The translations under genes were made by a program, and so were the position numbers. The notes under the pieces were generated by a model. The model was not told the DNA's origin and made no database searches. It was given only the letters and a program-made list of their open reading frames with translations. A DNA stretch of 32,000 nucleotides from Candidatus Saccharimonadota bacterium (GTDB lineage Bacteria > Pseudomonadota > Alphaproteobacteria > Rickettsiales > Anaplasmataceae). Every line of letters begins with the position of its first letter. Within the stretch, counting starts at the first letter, position 1. Below, in pieces: positions 10,253 to 19,051 of this stretch. The stretch is from NCBI GenBank assembly GCA_029715105.1, contig CP085695.1, positions 480,001-512,000 of the forward strand. Reading direction: 5' to 3'.

Positions 10253-10600
10253 TTATAATTCTCCTAATTTTATAGTTATATTACTATAACGCTTAACAAT
10301 CCTATTAGTTCTGCCCATTGCCCTTGGCAGCACTCTACGCAAAGTAAAAGACTTACCTATTAAAATTTCTTTTATATATAAATTATCAATATCTAATCCA
10401 TAATTATACTGAGCATTAGCAATTGCAGCATTCAGTACTTTCTCTATGAGACCAGCAGCTTTCTTTTCACAAAACTTTAACTGCATAACAGCGAAAGAAA
10501 CATCCTTATTACGTATTAAATTAGCAACCAAATTCAACTTGCGAGGAGTAGATTTTAATACTTCAGAACCAGCTTTAATCACTGCACATTTATCTTTCAT
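10253..10600 (-). CDS. rplV: 50S ribosomal protein L22
   Basis: [19 protein letters not shown]...L.F..KKAA...[10 protein letters not shown] and [19 protein letters not shown] match L22. Confidence 0.93.
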   Translation of the reverse strand: MKDKCAVIKAGSEVLKSTPRKLNLVANLIRNKDVSFAVMQLKFCEKKAAGLIEKVLNAAIANAQYNYGLDIDNLYIKEILIGKSFTLRRVLPRAMGRTNRIVKRYSNITIKLGEL

Positions 10601-10614
10601 ACTAACCCCTATTT

Positions 10615-10899
10615 TTACCTTCTCACTACTTTTTTATCGCTATTATGTCCAATAAATTTACGAGTAGGAGAAAATTCACCAAACTTATGACCTATCATAT
10701 TTTGATTATTAACATTAACCGGAATATAATCTTTACCATTATAAACAGCAAACTTCAAACCTAAACAGCTAGGAAGAATCACAGAGGCTCTAGAGTGAAT
10801 CTTAATAACCTTATTAATAGAACCCTCTCTTAAAACTCTATTTACTAATTTTAACACAGATGGATGACAAAAAGGTGGCTTCCATACAGATCTACTCAT
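10615..10899 (-). CDS. rpsS: 30S ribosomal protein S19
   Basis: [10 protein letters not shown]... and [34 protein letters not shown] match S19. Confidence 0.95.
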   Translation of the reverse strand: MSRSVWKPPFCHPSVLKLVNRVLREGSINKVIKIHSRASVILPSCLGLKFAVYNGKDYIPVNVNNQNMIGHKFGEFSPTRKFIGHNSDKKVVRR

Positions 10900-10902
10900 A
10901 AT

Positions 10903-11724
10903 TTAACCTTTCAATTGTTTTATATATTTATTACTAAGTTTATTTTTATTTCTAGTTTTCTTTCCTTTTGTTGCAACTCCCCAAAGAGTAACAGGATGAC
11001 GACCACCAGAAGTTCTTCCCTCTCCACCACCATGAGGATGATCAACGGGATTCATAGCAACACCACGAACAGTAGGCCTAATTCCTAACCATCTATTTCT
11101 TCCCGCTTTACCCAATTTTTTATTCTTATGATTAGGATTAGACATCATACCAACAGTAGCTTTACAAGAAGACAAAACCAATCTAACTTGACCAGATCTC
11201 AGGTGCAATAAAACATAATCACCATCACGACCTACAATTTGTGCATAACAACCAGCAGCCCTAGCGATTACAGCACCATTACCGGGTTTTAACTCAACAC
11301 CATGAACGAAAGATCCAACGGGTATATACCTTAATGGTAAACAATTACCAGGTAATATATCAGCATTATTACCTGACACTACAATATCACCAGGCTTAAC
11401 ATTCTGTGGTGCAAGTATATAAGACTTAACACCACTATATGATACCAGCGCTAAAAAACCACTCCTATTTGGATCATACTCTATTTTCTCAATTATTCCC
11501 TGATCGTCTCTGTTACGTTTAAAATCTATAATTCTATATTTCCTTTTATGACCACCACCTCTATGACGAGTTGTAATTCTACCATAACTATTCCTCCCAC
11601 CACTAGATTTTTTACCAAACGTAAGAAGCTTCTCTGGTTTATATTTTGATAAACCAGTCCTATTCACCAATACAGTTCCACGAGAGGAAGGAGTAGTGGG
11701 ATTAAAACATTTCATCATATCCAT
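10903..11724 (-). CDS. rplB: 50S ribosomal protein L2
   Basis: [28 protein letters not shown] and [27 protein letters not shown] are L2 signatures. The N-terminus has three in-frame ATGs, so the exact start is uncertain by up to 3 codons. Confidence 0.96.
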   Translation of the reverse strand: MDMMKCFNPTTPSSRGTVLVNRTGLSKYKPEKLLTFGKKSSGGRNSYGRITTRHRGGGHKRKYRIIDFKRNRDDQGIIEKIEYDPNRSGFLALVSYSGVKSYILAPQNVKPGDIVVSGNNADILPGNCLPLRYIPVGSFVHGVELKPGNGAVIARAAGCYAQIVGRDGDYVLLHLRSGQVRLVLSSCKATVGMMSNPNHKNKKLGKAGRNRWLGIRPTVRGVAMNPVDHPHGGGEGRTSGGRHPVTLWGVATKGKKTRNKNKLSNKYIKQLKG

Positions 11725-11726
11725 GG

Positions 11727-12017
11727 CTAAACACCACCCATTATATCTAATTTTTGATGATTCATTAAAGAAAAATAGACCTTTTTTCTTCGTTTCTCAT
11801 AACCAATTATACCCTTAAAGCAGCTACGTTTAGGTTTAACTCTAATAACATTTAGAGAAGAAACCTTAGCGCCAAACAAAGATTCTATCGTTAACCTTAT
11901 CTTATATTTATTTACATTTACAGAAACATACAAAGAATACCTATTAAACTTCTCTCTCAAAAAAGAAGACTTTTCTGTAACTATAGGATACTTTATCACG
12001 CTATTATATTTAATCAT
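11727..12017 (-). CDS. rplW: 50S ribosomal protein L23
   Basis: [13 protein letters not shown]...[26 protein letters not shown] matches L23. Its ATG overlaps the rplD stop (ATGA). Confidence 0.92.
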   Translation of the reverse strand: MIKYNSVIKYPIVTEKSSFLREKFNRYSLYVSVNVNKYKIRLTIESLFGAKVSSLNVIRVKPKRSCFKGIIGYEKRRKKVYFSLMNHQKLDIMGGV

Positions 12018-12628
12018 AATAACCTACCTTCAAGATACTTTAAAGTATCATTTGTCAACATCACACACTCATGATTTAATATATCAAAAACATTTAACCC
12101 AATAGGCTTGATTAAACTTATATTGCTCAAATTTCTAGTAGCACGTAACAAACTATCCCCATAGTTACCAACTATTAAAAAAGAAGAAAACTTAAAATTT
12201 TCAATATATTTGCGCATCTCAGACGTTTTTTTTACATCAACATTCAAACTATCAAGAATTACTAATTGATTAATAGAATACTTTAAAGATAAAGCGATCT
12301 TTAAACCAAATTTACGTACCTTTTTATTAAGAAAATAAGCATGGCTCCTAACAACAGGACCAAAAACAATTCCACCTCCTCTAAATTGAGGAGAACGCAA
12401 ACTCCCATGTCTCGCCCTACCAGTACGCTTTTGACTATAAGGCTTAGCCGTAGTACCGGAAACATCACTAATCCCTTTAACTTTACGAGTACCAGCCCTT
12501 CTTTTCGATAACTGCCATTTAACTATATCATATAAAATGATCAACTTCTGTTTAACAGAAAAAATCATAGGATTAAGCTTAACAGTACCCAAATCATCAT
12601 TAAACAAATTTACTAATTTACACTCCAT
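12014..12628 (-). CDS. rplD: 50S ribosomal protein L4
   Basis: KPYSQKRTGRARHGSLRSPQFRGGGIVFGP matches L4. The ATG at 12628 (MECKLVN, compare E. coli MELVLKD) is preferred. The track's GTG at 12640 overlaps the rplC stop and remains a possible alternative. Confidence 0.93.
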   Translation of the reverse strand: MECKLVNLFNDDLGTVKLNPMIFSVKQKLIILYDIVKWQLSKRRAGTRKVKGISDVSGTTAKPYSQKRTGRARHGSLRSPQFRGGGIVFGPVVRSHAYFLNKKVRKFGLKIALSLKYSINQLVILDSLNVDVKKTSEMRKYIENFKFSSFLIVGNYGDSLLRATRNLSNISLIKPIGLNVFDILNHECVMLTNDTLKYLEGRLL

Positions 12629-12636
12629 AGAACTAT

Positions 12637-13356
12637 TCACCCATTAATACTATTATTATTTGCATCTGAAAACAAACCAATAGAAAAACAAATATCTTTA
12701 TGTAATGGTTTTTTAATTGCATCTCTCACGAAAACATACGAGTTTTTAAATCCAGGAATATTATTACCTCTTACAGCAATTAAGCTATCCTCATAATCGA
12801 TAAACAACACTTTCATGTTATGAACAGTTACCCTACTGCTACCTAAATGACCAGCCATCTTCTTTCCCTTAAACACCCTACCAGGATCTTGACATTGACC
12901 AGTAGAACCTTGCGTTCTATGAGAAATAGAAACACCATGAGACGCTCTAAGACCACTAAAACCATGCCTCTTTATTACACCAGCAAACCCCTTACCTATA
13001 GAATAACCAATAATATCAAGATACTGACCAATCACAAAATGATTAACCCCAACTCTTTTACCGCATTCTATTCCAGAAAGATCATTTAATCTAGATTCAT
13101 ATAACTTATATTTACCACTTATCCCATTCTTCTTTAAGAATCCTAATTGAGGTTTTGCAATTTTTTGCAAATCTCCTGTACCTAAAATGACTGAATTATA
13201 ACCGCATTTGTCCTGCTTCTTTATATCTAGAATATATGTCTCATCAAGATATAATAAAGTTACAGCTATACGACTAAAATTAAAATACAAAGAAGTATGA
13301 CCAACATTCCTCATCAGCAAACCAATTCTTCTCGATGAACCCACTCTTCTCATCAT
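12637..13356 (-). CDS. rplC: 50S ribosomal protein L3
   Basis: [33 protein letters not shown]...[16 protein letters not shown] matches L3. Tandem ATG ATG start overlaps the rpsJ stop. Confidence 0.95.
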   Translation of the reverse strand: MMRRVGSSRRIGLLMRNVGHTSLYFNFSRIAVTLLYLDETYILDIKKQDKCGYNSVILGTGDLQKIAKPQLGFLKKNGISGKYKLYESRLNDLSGIECGKRVGVNHFVIGQYLDIIGYSIGKGFAGVIKRHGFSGLRASHGVSISHRTQGSTGQCQDPGRVFKGKKMAGHLGSSRVTVHNMKVLFIDYEDSLIAVRGNNIPGFKNSYVFVRDAIKKPLHKDICFSIGLFSDANNNSING

Positions 13357-13718
13357 TTTCCCTTTTTAAGAATTTTTTTAATCTTTAAATAAATCTCTAC
13401 ACCTGGAGGTGGGGGTGGAAAAAATGACGAATCTCCAAGCATCTGCATCATAGCAGGAGTAAGGCCATATAAAACAACCAAACGCTCAGAAGTCCTCTTT
13501 TCAAATTGCTCATGAGACTTTTTATCAACGTGGGGAGACCTACCAACATCAAACTTAAAATCACTTCTCGGAAGCGCAACAGGACCTGATAACTTTGCAT
13601 CAGAGTGTTTAAACTTATCCTTAAATCCACATACAAACTCCCTAACATATTTCTCTAATTTTGAACAATCGAAAGCCTTGCTTACGATGTAAGCAACTTG
13701 TTCTACTTCATCTACCAC
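13353..13718 (-). CDS. rpsJ: 30S ribosomal protein S10 (NusE), divergent, with PPPPPG run and Lys-rich C-terminal tail
   Basis: KAFD...SGPVALP...[19 protein letters not shown]...GVEI..KI aligns to the S10 core (E. coli [41 protein letters not shown]). GTG start 6 nt after the tuf stop; there is no in-frame ATG near the N-terminus. First gene of the S10 operon by position. Confidence 0.85.
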   Translation of the reverse strand: MVDEVEQVAYIVSKAFDCSKLEKYVREFVCGFKDKFKHSDAKLSGPVALPRSDFKFDVGRSPHVDKKSHEQFEKRTSERLVVLYGLTPAMMQMLGDSSFFPPPPPGVEIYLKIKKILKKGK

Positions 13719-13724
13719 AACTCT

Positions 13725-14900
13725 TTACTCCAAAATTTCAGATACAATACCAGAGCCAACAGTTTTACCACCCTCCCTTATCGCAAAACGTAAACCCTTA
13801 TCCATCGCTATCGGTGCCTGTAATTCTACTTCTATTCTTACATCATCCCCGGGCATTACCATCTCTTTTCCCTCCAATAATCTTATACTTCCAGTTACAT
13901 CAGTCGTTCTTATATAAAACTGAGGTTGATAATTTGCAAAAAACGGCGTATGTCTACCTCCTTCCTCCTTCTTTAAGACATATATCTCAGCCTTAAACTT
14001 CCTGTGAGGCGTTATAGTCCCTGGTTTTGCTAATACCTGTCCCCTTTCAACTTCTTCTCTTTTTGTCCCTCTTAGCAATATCCCTACATTCAACCCTGCA
14101 CATCCTTTATCTAATAGCTTCTTAAACATCTCAACACCTGTACATATGGTTTTCTGTGTTGTCTTTAATCCTATTATTTCCACCTCCTCTCCAGTCTTTA
14201 TTTCTCCCTTTTCTATTCTCCCCGTTACTACCGTTCCACGACCAGATATCGAAAACACATCCTCTATTGGCATCAAAAATGGCAAATCTACAGGTCTTGG
14301 TTGATCCGGTACATATTCATCCAATGCACTCATCAATTTATCCACTGATTTCTTTCCATACTCACCACTTTCATCACCTTCTAATACTTTCAACGCAGAA
14401 CCTACAACAAATGGCACTTCATCTCCGTGAAAACCGTACTTCGTTAATAACTCTCTAATTTCCATTTCTACTAAACCAATCATATCATGATCAGCAACAT
14501 CAGCCTTATTAATATACACTACAATATTTCTAACACCAACCTGCTTCGCTAGCAATATATGTTCTCTTGTTTGCGGCATAGGACCATCAACACCAGACAC
14601 AACTAATATTGCAGCATCCATTTGTGCCGCACCAACTATCATATTTTTTACATAATCAGCATGTCCTGGACAATCAACGTGCGCATAATGTCTCTTCTCT
14701 GTATGATATTCAACGTGCGCTGTTGCTATCGTTATTCCTCTTTTCCTTTCCTCCGGTGCTTTATCTATTTGATCATACGGTACAAAACTCCCATAATACT
14801 TCGTTATTGCCGCTGTCAACGTAGTCTTTCCATGATCTACATGTCCTATCGTTCCCACATTTATATGCGGCTTACCAAATGCTTCTACTACTCGTGCCAT
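13725..14900 (-). CDS. tuf: translation elongation factor Tu
   Basis: [52 protein letters not shown] and NKADV GTPase motifs. 391 aa, ATG start. Confidence 0.98.
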   Translation of the reverse strand: MARVVEAFGKPHINVGTIGHVDHGKTTLTAAITKYYGSFVPYDQIDKAPEERKRGITIATAHVEYHTEKRHYAHVDCPGHADYVKNMIVGAAQMDAAILVVSGVDGPMPQTREHILLAKQVGVRNIVVYINKADVADHDMIGLVEMEIRELLTKYGFHGDEVPFVVGSALKVLEGDESGEYGKKSVDKLMSALDEYVPDQPRPVDLPFLMPIEDVFSISGRGTVVTGRIEKGEIKTGEEVEIIGLKTTQKTICTGVEMFKKLLDKGCAGLNVGILLRGTKREEVERGQVLAKPGTITPHRKFKAEIYVLKKEEGGRHTPFFANYQPQFYIRTTDVTGSIRLLEGKEMVMPGDDVRIEVELQAPIAMDKGLRFAIREGGKTVGSGIVSEILE

Positions 14901-14968
14901 AACTAAAAATTCTACCTAAAACCCAATACTTAATATTAAAACGATTTTATCAAAATACAACAAAAAAG

Positions 14969-15040
14969 AGCGGATAGTGGGATTCGAACCCACTTCGCTA
15001 GCTTGGAAGGCTAGAACTCTACCAATTGAGCTATACCCGC
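14969..15040 (-). tRNA. tRNA-Gly (anticodon UCC)
   Basis: The reverse complement GCGGGTATAGCTCAATTGGTAGAGTTCTAGCCTTCCAAGCTAGCGAAGTGGGTTCGAATCCCACTATCCGCT folds as a cloverleaf. Anticodon stem CTAGC/GCTAG with loop CTTCCAA. T-arm GTGGG-TTCGAAT-CCCAC. CCA is not encoded. Confidence 0.9.
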
Positions 15041-15043
15041 AGA

Positions 15044-15126
15044 TGAAGGAGGTAGGATTCGAACCTACGTACGCATTAGCGGACAGATTTACAGTCTGTT
15101 ACCTTTAACCACTCGGTCACTCCTCC
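15044..15126 (-). tRNA. tRNA-Tyr (anticodon GUA), long variable arm
   Basis: Reverse complement GGAGGAGTGACCGAGTGGTTAAAGGTAACAGACTGTAAATCTGTCCGCTAATGCGTACGTAGGTTCGAATCCTACCTCCTTCA. Anticodon loop CTGTAAA, long extra arm, T-arm GTAGG-TTCGAAT-CCTAC. It sits 3 nt upstream of tRNA-Gly. Confidence 0.9.
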
Positions 15127-15213
15127 ACAAAAACTAGTCGAGACATAAATACTACTCAACCCAATTTACAAACCCAATATTTCGATATCATCATATAAAA
15201 CTAATATCGTTGC

Positions 15214-15242
15214 ATTATATGCATCTAAAACTAAAAAATCAA
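15214..15242 (-). promoter_or_regulatory. candidate sigma70-type promoter for tRNA-Tyr/tRNA-Gly/tuf
   Basis: On the minus strand: TTGATT (15237-15242), 17-nt spacer, TATAAT (15214-15219), ~88 nt upstream of the tRNA-Tyr 5' end. Such matches arise easily by chance in AT-rich DNA. Confidence 0.3.
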
Positions 15243-15274
15243 GCAATAAAAATTTAAAATAAAATCCCATAAAA

Positions 15275-16408
15275 TCACATTTTATATAACTCAATATTTT
15301 TAATAAAATCCCTAAATAAATAATGCGAATCATGCGTACCTGGAGCTTCCTCTGGATGATATTGTACAGAAAAAACAGGATAATTTTTTACCATAATTCC
15401 TTCTACACTATTATCAAATAAAGAAATATGAGTAATCTCAACTTCACTTGGCAAAGAGGAAGGATCAACAACAAATCCATGATTTTGACTGGTAATTTCA
15501 ATTCTTCTATTATTTATGTTATAAACTGGATGATTGTTTCCTCGATGACCAACTTTCATTTTAAATGTTTTTGCCCCAAAAGTAATTGCAAGTAATTGAT
15601 GACCCATACATATACCAAAAATTGGTACTTTAGATTTTACAATAATATCTATCTCTGAAATCACATTTTTTCCTATTTCTTGTGGATTTCCTGGGCCATT
15701 TGAAAGTACTACTCCATCTGGATTCATACTCAATACTTTTTTCGCAAGACCTTCATCAGGTTTAATTAGTTCGATTGCACAACCAAGTTCTATTAAACGC
15801 GAAATTATACTAGTCTTTACACCAAAATCAACTACTACAACTTTATATTTTGCATTAAGATCATTTTTAATGATATTATTACTCAAACTAACTTTATTAA
15901 TTATCTCTATTCCATTTAATGGTTTATATCCCCTTAACTCATTTAAAAGAGATTTAATCACAAAAGTCATTCGATCACTGTAAATCCTTTCTGCATCAGA
16001 TACTGAAAATTTACATATAATACCACTTTGTGGTCTGTACTTTTGTAAATGCCTTGTCAAGGCTCTTGTATCAACTCCTGATATTCCAACTACATCATTT
16101 CTCTTTAACCAATCATCTAAACTAATACACGATGAAGGATGAGATGCATAAGAAAGCTCACGTACAATTATACCACTTGCAACAATTTTTCTTCCTCCCT
16201 CATTATCTTTCTTATTTATCCCAATATTACCAATATGAGGAAAAGTAAACATTATAATTTGATTGGCAAAAGAAGGATCAGTTATAGTATGCTGATAGCC
16301 AGTAATACCAGTAGTAAAACAAATTTCACCTATACATTTACCTTCTTTACCTATTGACCTTCCTAGAAAATATTTGCCATCTTGTAAGACTAAAATTGCA
16401 TCTTGCAC
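15275..16408 (-). CDS. carA: carbamoyl-phosphate synthase small (glutamine amidotransferase) subunit
   Basis: TTGITGYQHTITDPSF, catalytic GICMGHQLL and QYHPEEAPG motifs. The GTG at 16408 gives (M)QDAILVLQDGKYFLGRSIG, matching E. coli MIKSALLVLEDGTQFHGRAIG, and follows a GAGAGAGGGGGAGGA SD-like run. The track's TTG at 16456 is probably a spurious extension. carB is not adjacent. Confidence 0.92.
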   Translation of the reverse strand: MQDAILVLQDGKYFLGRSIGKEGKCIGEICFTTGITGYQHTITDPSFANQIIMFTFPHIGNIGINKKDNEGGRKIVASGIIVRELSYASHPSSCISLDDWLKRNDVVGISGVDTRALTRHLQKYRPQSGIICKFSVSDAERIYSDRMTFVIKSLLNELRGYKPLNGIEIINKVSLSNNIIKNDLNAKYKVVVVDFGVKTSIISRLIELGCAIELIKPDEGLAKKVLSMNPDGVVLSNGPGNPQEIGKNVISEIDIIVKSKVPIFGICMGHQLLAITFGAKTFKMKVGHRGNNHPVYNINNRRIEITSQNHGFVVDPSSLPSEVEITHISLFDNSVEGIMVKNYPVFSVQYHPEEAPGTHDSHYLFRDFIKNIELYKM

Positions 16409-16827
16409 TATAAATATATATCCTCCCCCTCTCTCTATTAAAATAGCAGTACACAAAATTTTAATAACAAACCCCTACCTATTTAAAACTTTAAATTTTA
16501 TCCTGAACAAATGCGAATCATAGAAAATAACACAAAATTTTTAATATACTATCTCTCCTCTTTAAAATGAAAAGTATAATATTTATTTCTATAATTTAAC
16601 CGAATCAAACTTGAGAAATAAATCTGAACAAACCAAACTAAATATCCTCTTCTTAAAAGAAACAAAACCTATATAACAAATCAACATATATTCGCAATAA
16701 TATTTTAGAACAAAAATAGATATCCTTAATTATATGCAAATATAAAAACTCATATAAAACCCATACTAATAAAATATGCTGCGTTTTACCGTGTACCTTC
16801 TTTTACTACTGAAAATACAATACAACC

Positions 16828-17739
16828 CTACTCTATAAACTTCTTTAATATATTAAACCTTAATCCGCAAATAAAATCCTTAATATTAGAAGGACTTCTT
16901 CCTTCCATTTGAACAATTTTAGGGATTAAAGTACCACCTGTAAAACTTATATGCATATCATTATTAATAATCTCGCCTCGTATCAAAGGAACTAAAGAAG
17001 AATCCAATTTAAAATCTGCATCCAGTACTCTAATGCGTTTATTCCATATCTTAATAAATGCCTTAGGATAAAAAGCTTTAACCTTTCTATAAGCAACTTC
17101 ACAAGTATCATTAGCATAAATTCTATAATCTTCTACTTTATTAGCATAACAAGCATTATTATCATTTTGCTCTAAGGGAACTTGTTTTTCAATATTATTT
17201 AATACCTCTATCAATAGATAGCTACCTAATATAGATAATCTATCATGTAAAGTTTTATAATTATCACTTTTTTCAATAAGAAATTTTTCTTGTTTTAAAA
17301 TTGGACCAGAATCTAATTTTTCGTTCAGACGCATAATACTAACTCCAGTTTCATAATCTCCAGCTAAAATTGTATGTTGTATTGGAGCTGCACCTCGCCA
17401 TCTAGGCAAGAGTGAAGGATGAATATTGATACAGCCATATCTAGGAATATATAAAATTTCTTTCGGAATTATTAACCCATACGCAGCAATAACTGCAATA
17501 TCTGGCTTTAATTCTTTAAACCGTCTTTCTTCTAAAGAAGTTTTTAAAGATATAGGAATACGCACCTCCACACCATTTTCTTCAGCAATAACATGTATCG
17601 GAGACTTTCCTAATTTATACCCACGTCCCGAAGGCTTTGGGATTTTAGTATATACTGCTACTACTTTGTTTTCAGATTTTAACAATAAATTCAACGCACT
17701 GACAGCAAATTTTGACGACCCCATAAAAACAATTCTCAT
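16828..17739 (-). CDS. fmt: methionyl-tRNA formyltransferase
   Basis: [13 protein letters not shown]... and [22 protein letters not shown] are the Fmt signature. The ATG at 17739 (1 nt after the rplT stop) is preferred by homology; the track's TTG at 17757 overlaps rplT. Confidence 0.92.
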   Translation of the reverse strand: MRIVFMGSSKFAVSALNLLLKSENKVVAVYTKIPKPSGRGYKLGKSPIHVIAEENGVEVRIPISLKTSLEERRFKELKPDIAVIAAYGLIIPKEILYIPRYGCINIHPSLLPRWRGAAPIQHTILAGDYETGVSIMRLNEKLDSGPILKQEKFLIEKSDNYKTLHDRLSILGSYLLIEVLNNIEKQVPLEQNDNNACYANKVEDYRIYANDTCEVAYRKVKAFYPKAFIKIWNKRIRVLDADFKLDSSLVPLIRGEIINNDMHISFTGGTLIPKIVQMEGRSPSNIKDFICGLRFNILKKFIE

Positions 17740-17740
17740 C

Positions 17741-18130
17741 TCATATCGTTTTAACAATCAACTTTCTGTCATCAACCCTCCTATCATTATTAATAAATCC
17801 TATCAACTTTACAAAAGCATCTTTATAATTAACAGCCATTTCTGCAAGAATTTTCCTATTTAAGCTAATCCCCATAAGATTAAGGCCGTACATTAACTTA
17901 CTATAAGTGAGCCCATGCTCTCTTGCTGCTGCATTAATACGCATTATCCACAAACTACGAAAATGACGCTTACGGTTTCTTCTATCTCTGTAAGCATACA
18001 GAAGCGCCTTTTCAACTCTCTGTAAAGCAATTCTATAACAATTTTTTGCACGCCCCCTATATCCCTTTGATAACTTCAACAATTTTTTATGACGAGCACG
18101 AGTAGTTACTCCACGTTTCACTCGAGTCAT
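17741..18130 (-). CDS. rplT: 50S ribosomal protein L20
   Basis: [35 protein letters not shown]...[20 protein letters not shown] matches L20. Confidence 0.96.
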   Translation of the reverse strand: MTRVKRGVTTRARHKKLLKLSKGYRGRAKNCYRIALQRVEKALLYAYRDRRNRKRHFRSLWIMRINAAAREHGLTYSKLMYGLNLMGISLNRKILAEMAVNYKDAFVKLIGFINNDRRVDDRKLIVKTI

Positions 18131-18159
18131 TCCTTATTTCACCTCCTCATTTTATCATG

Positions 18160-18357
18160 TTAAACACCATAAGGCATATAAAGTTTAACTATACGCGAAC
18201 TAGACTTACCAAGAATAGTCGTACCACGCTGATTACGAATATTAGACTTACTTCTTTTTATCATACCATGTCTTTTACCAGACTGAGTAGAAATTACTTT
18301 ACCTCTGGATGTAAGACTAAAGCGCTTTTTAACAGAAGACTTAGTTTTTAACTTCAT
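18160..18357 (-). CDS. rpmI: 50S ribosomal protein L35
   Basis: [36 protein letters not shown] matches L35 (E. coli [20 protein letters not shown]..). ATG at 18357; the track's 10-codon GTG extension is rejected. Confidence 0.9.
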   Translation of the reverse strand: MKLKTKSSVKKRFSLTSRGKVISTQSGKRHGMIKRSKSNIRNQRGTTILGKSSSRIVKLYMPYGV

Positions 18358-19051
18358 ATTACCATATAAAATAATCCCATAAACCACGTTATATCTCTAA
18401 TATAACAAAGAGTTAACTTAAACATAAAACTAAAATGTGCATCATAACCTCTCTACTTGATTGAAGATACTTTTATTGCAACTCATATATCTAATTTAAA
18501 ATATTTATATACATAACATATATCATTATACACATATATAAACAACATCCACACTTTAATATTATATTATTACCTTTCTCTGATATGAATGCATTCACAT
18601 TATATAATTAAAGTATACTTAAACACACTTTAATATTAACCATCTTTTAAATTCCATTGAATTTATTTCGATAACAGCACATATTCGCCACCATTTCAAC
18701 CTCCCCATGTATATTATAAAATTCAATAACTAAACTTACACTTATTTTAAGGCTTAAAAACTATTTTATAAAACTATGAAATATTTTCCAACATTATTTA
18801 GAATAATAATAGTTCTTGTTCTTTATTTGAAACTTTTCTTTATCTTTATTTTATTTTGAAATATCAAAAAATATCTCTTATCTGAACTCTCTCATCACCT
18901 TTATTATATTCTAATTCCACCTATCGTTACAATTCATCTGTAACTATTTTAAGCGATAAAGCTTATTCAAAAAACTATTATTATAACTTTATTAATAACA
19001 TAACCCTAACAATTCGAAACTATTCAATTACTCTTATACTAAACTTTTACT

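Noticed and set aside
13661-14906. Four plus-strand ORFs (13661..13996, 14156..14458, 14609..14824, 14622..14906) opposite tuf
   Set aside because: All are antisense shadows of the highly conserved EF-Tu gene. Their translations are low-complexity (L/S/P/H-rich) with no known motifs.
17426-17863. 145-aa plus-strand ORF spanning the fmt/rplT junction
   Set aside because: It is antisense to two well-supported genes and has no recognisable motifs. Long antisense frames of this kind are typical of AT-rich genomes.
18545-18553. DnaA-box-like word ACATCCACA (7/9 match to TTATCCACA) in the long rpmI upstream spacer, raising the idea of an origin
   Set aside because: It is a single imperfect box with no cluster, no adjacent dnaA/dnaN/hemE-type marker genes, and no visible switch in C/G bias across the window.
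18358-19051. Attempt to recognise an infC (IF3) remnant in the spacer upstream of rpmI
   Set aside because: Stop codons occur in every frame at short intervals, and I could not see any IF3-like peptide by eye. This is kept only as a hypothesis to test by tblastx, not as a pseudogene call.
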